A stretch of DNA of 15,291 bases from positions 1-15,291 of the forward strand of contig CAZHPN010000151.1 of assembly GCA_964534375.1 (NCBI GenBank), read 5' to 3'. The DNA comes from an uncultured bacterium (GTDB lineage: Bacteria; Lernaellota; Lernaellaia; Lernaellales; Lernaellaceae). Both the position numbers and the translations under genes were made by a program. Under the pieces are notes generated by a model. That model was not told where the DNA came from, searched no databases, and was given only the letters and a program-made list of their open reading frames with translations. Positions 13,926 to 15,291 of the stretch are shown in pieces (within the stretch, counting starts at the first letter, position 1; each line of letters begins with the position of its first letter).

Positions 13926-15291
<1,366 letters not shown>

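Overview
GC-rich bacterial chromosomal window with 16 supportable CDSs and no rRNA, tRNA, CRISPR array, integrase or transposase. The gene content looks deltaproteobacteria/Myxococcota-like, but this is only an impression. In order: (-) RluA-family pseudouridine synthase coupled to a tail-anchored hypothetical protein; (+) small pilin-like lipoprotein; (-) lipoprotein S41/CtpA protease; a symmetric divergent promoter; (+) MBL-fold hydrolase and gamma-carbonic-anhydrase-family protein; (+) an RcnR/DmeR-type operon (G-tract operator, repressor, membrane-bound SAM methyltransferase, DmeF Co/Ni CDF exporter); (+) thioredoxin-fold protein lacking CxxC, ABC ATPase and ABC-2-type permease; (+) Tat-exported DUF3108-like protein; (-) orphan Wzz/GumC-like chain-length determinant and a hypothetical membrane protein; (+) 5' part of type III glutamine synthetase running off the window end. 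Two things stand out. First, the Ni/Co efflux operon carries an inserted membrane methyltransferase and its repressor has Pro at the conserved Cys35. Second, degenerate 7-nt and 9-nt tandem arrays, some in inverted pairs, plus REP-like hairpins sit at many gene 3' ends, two of them inside protein C-termini.
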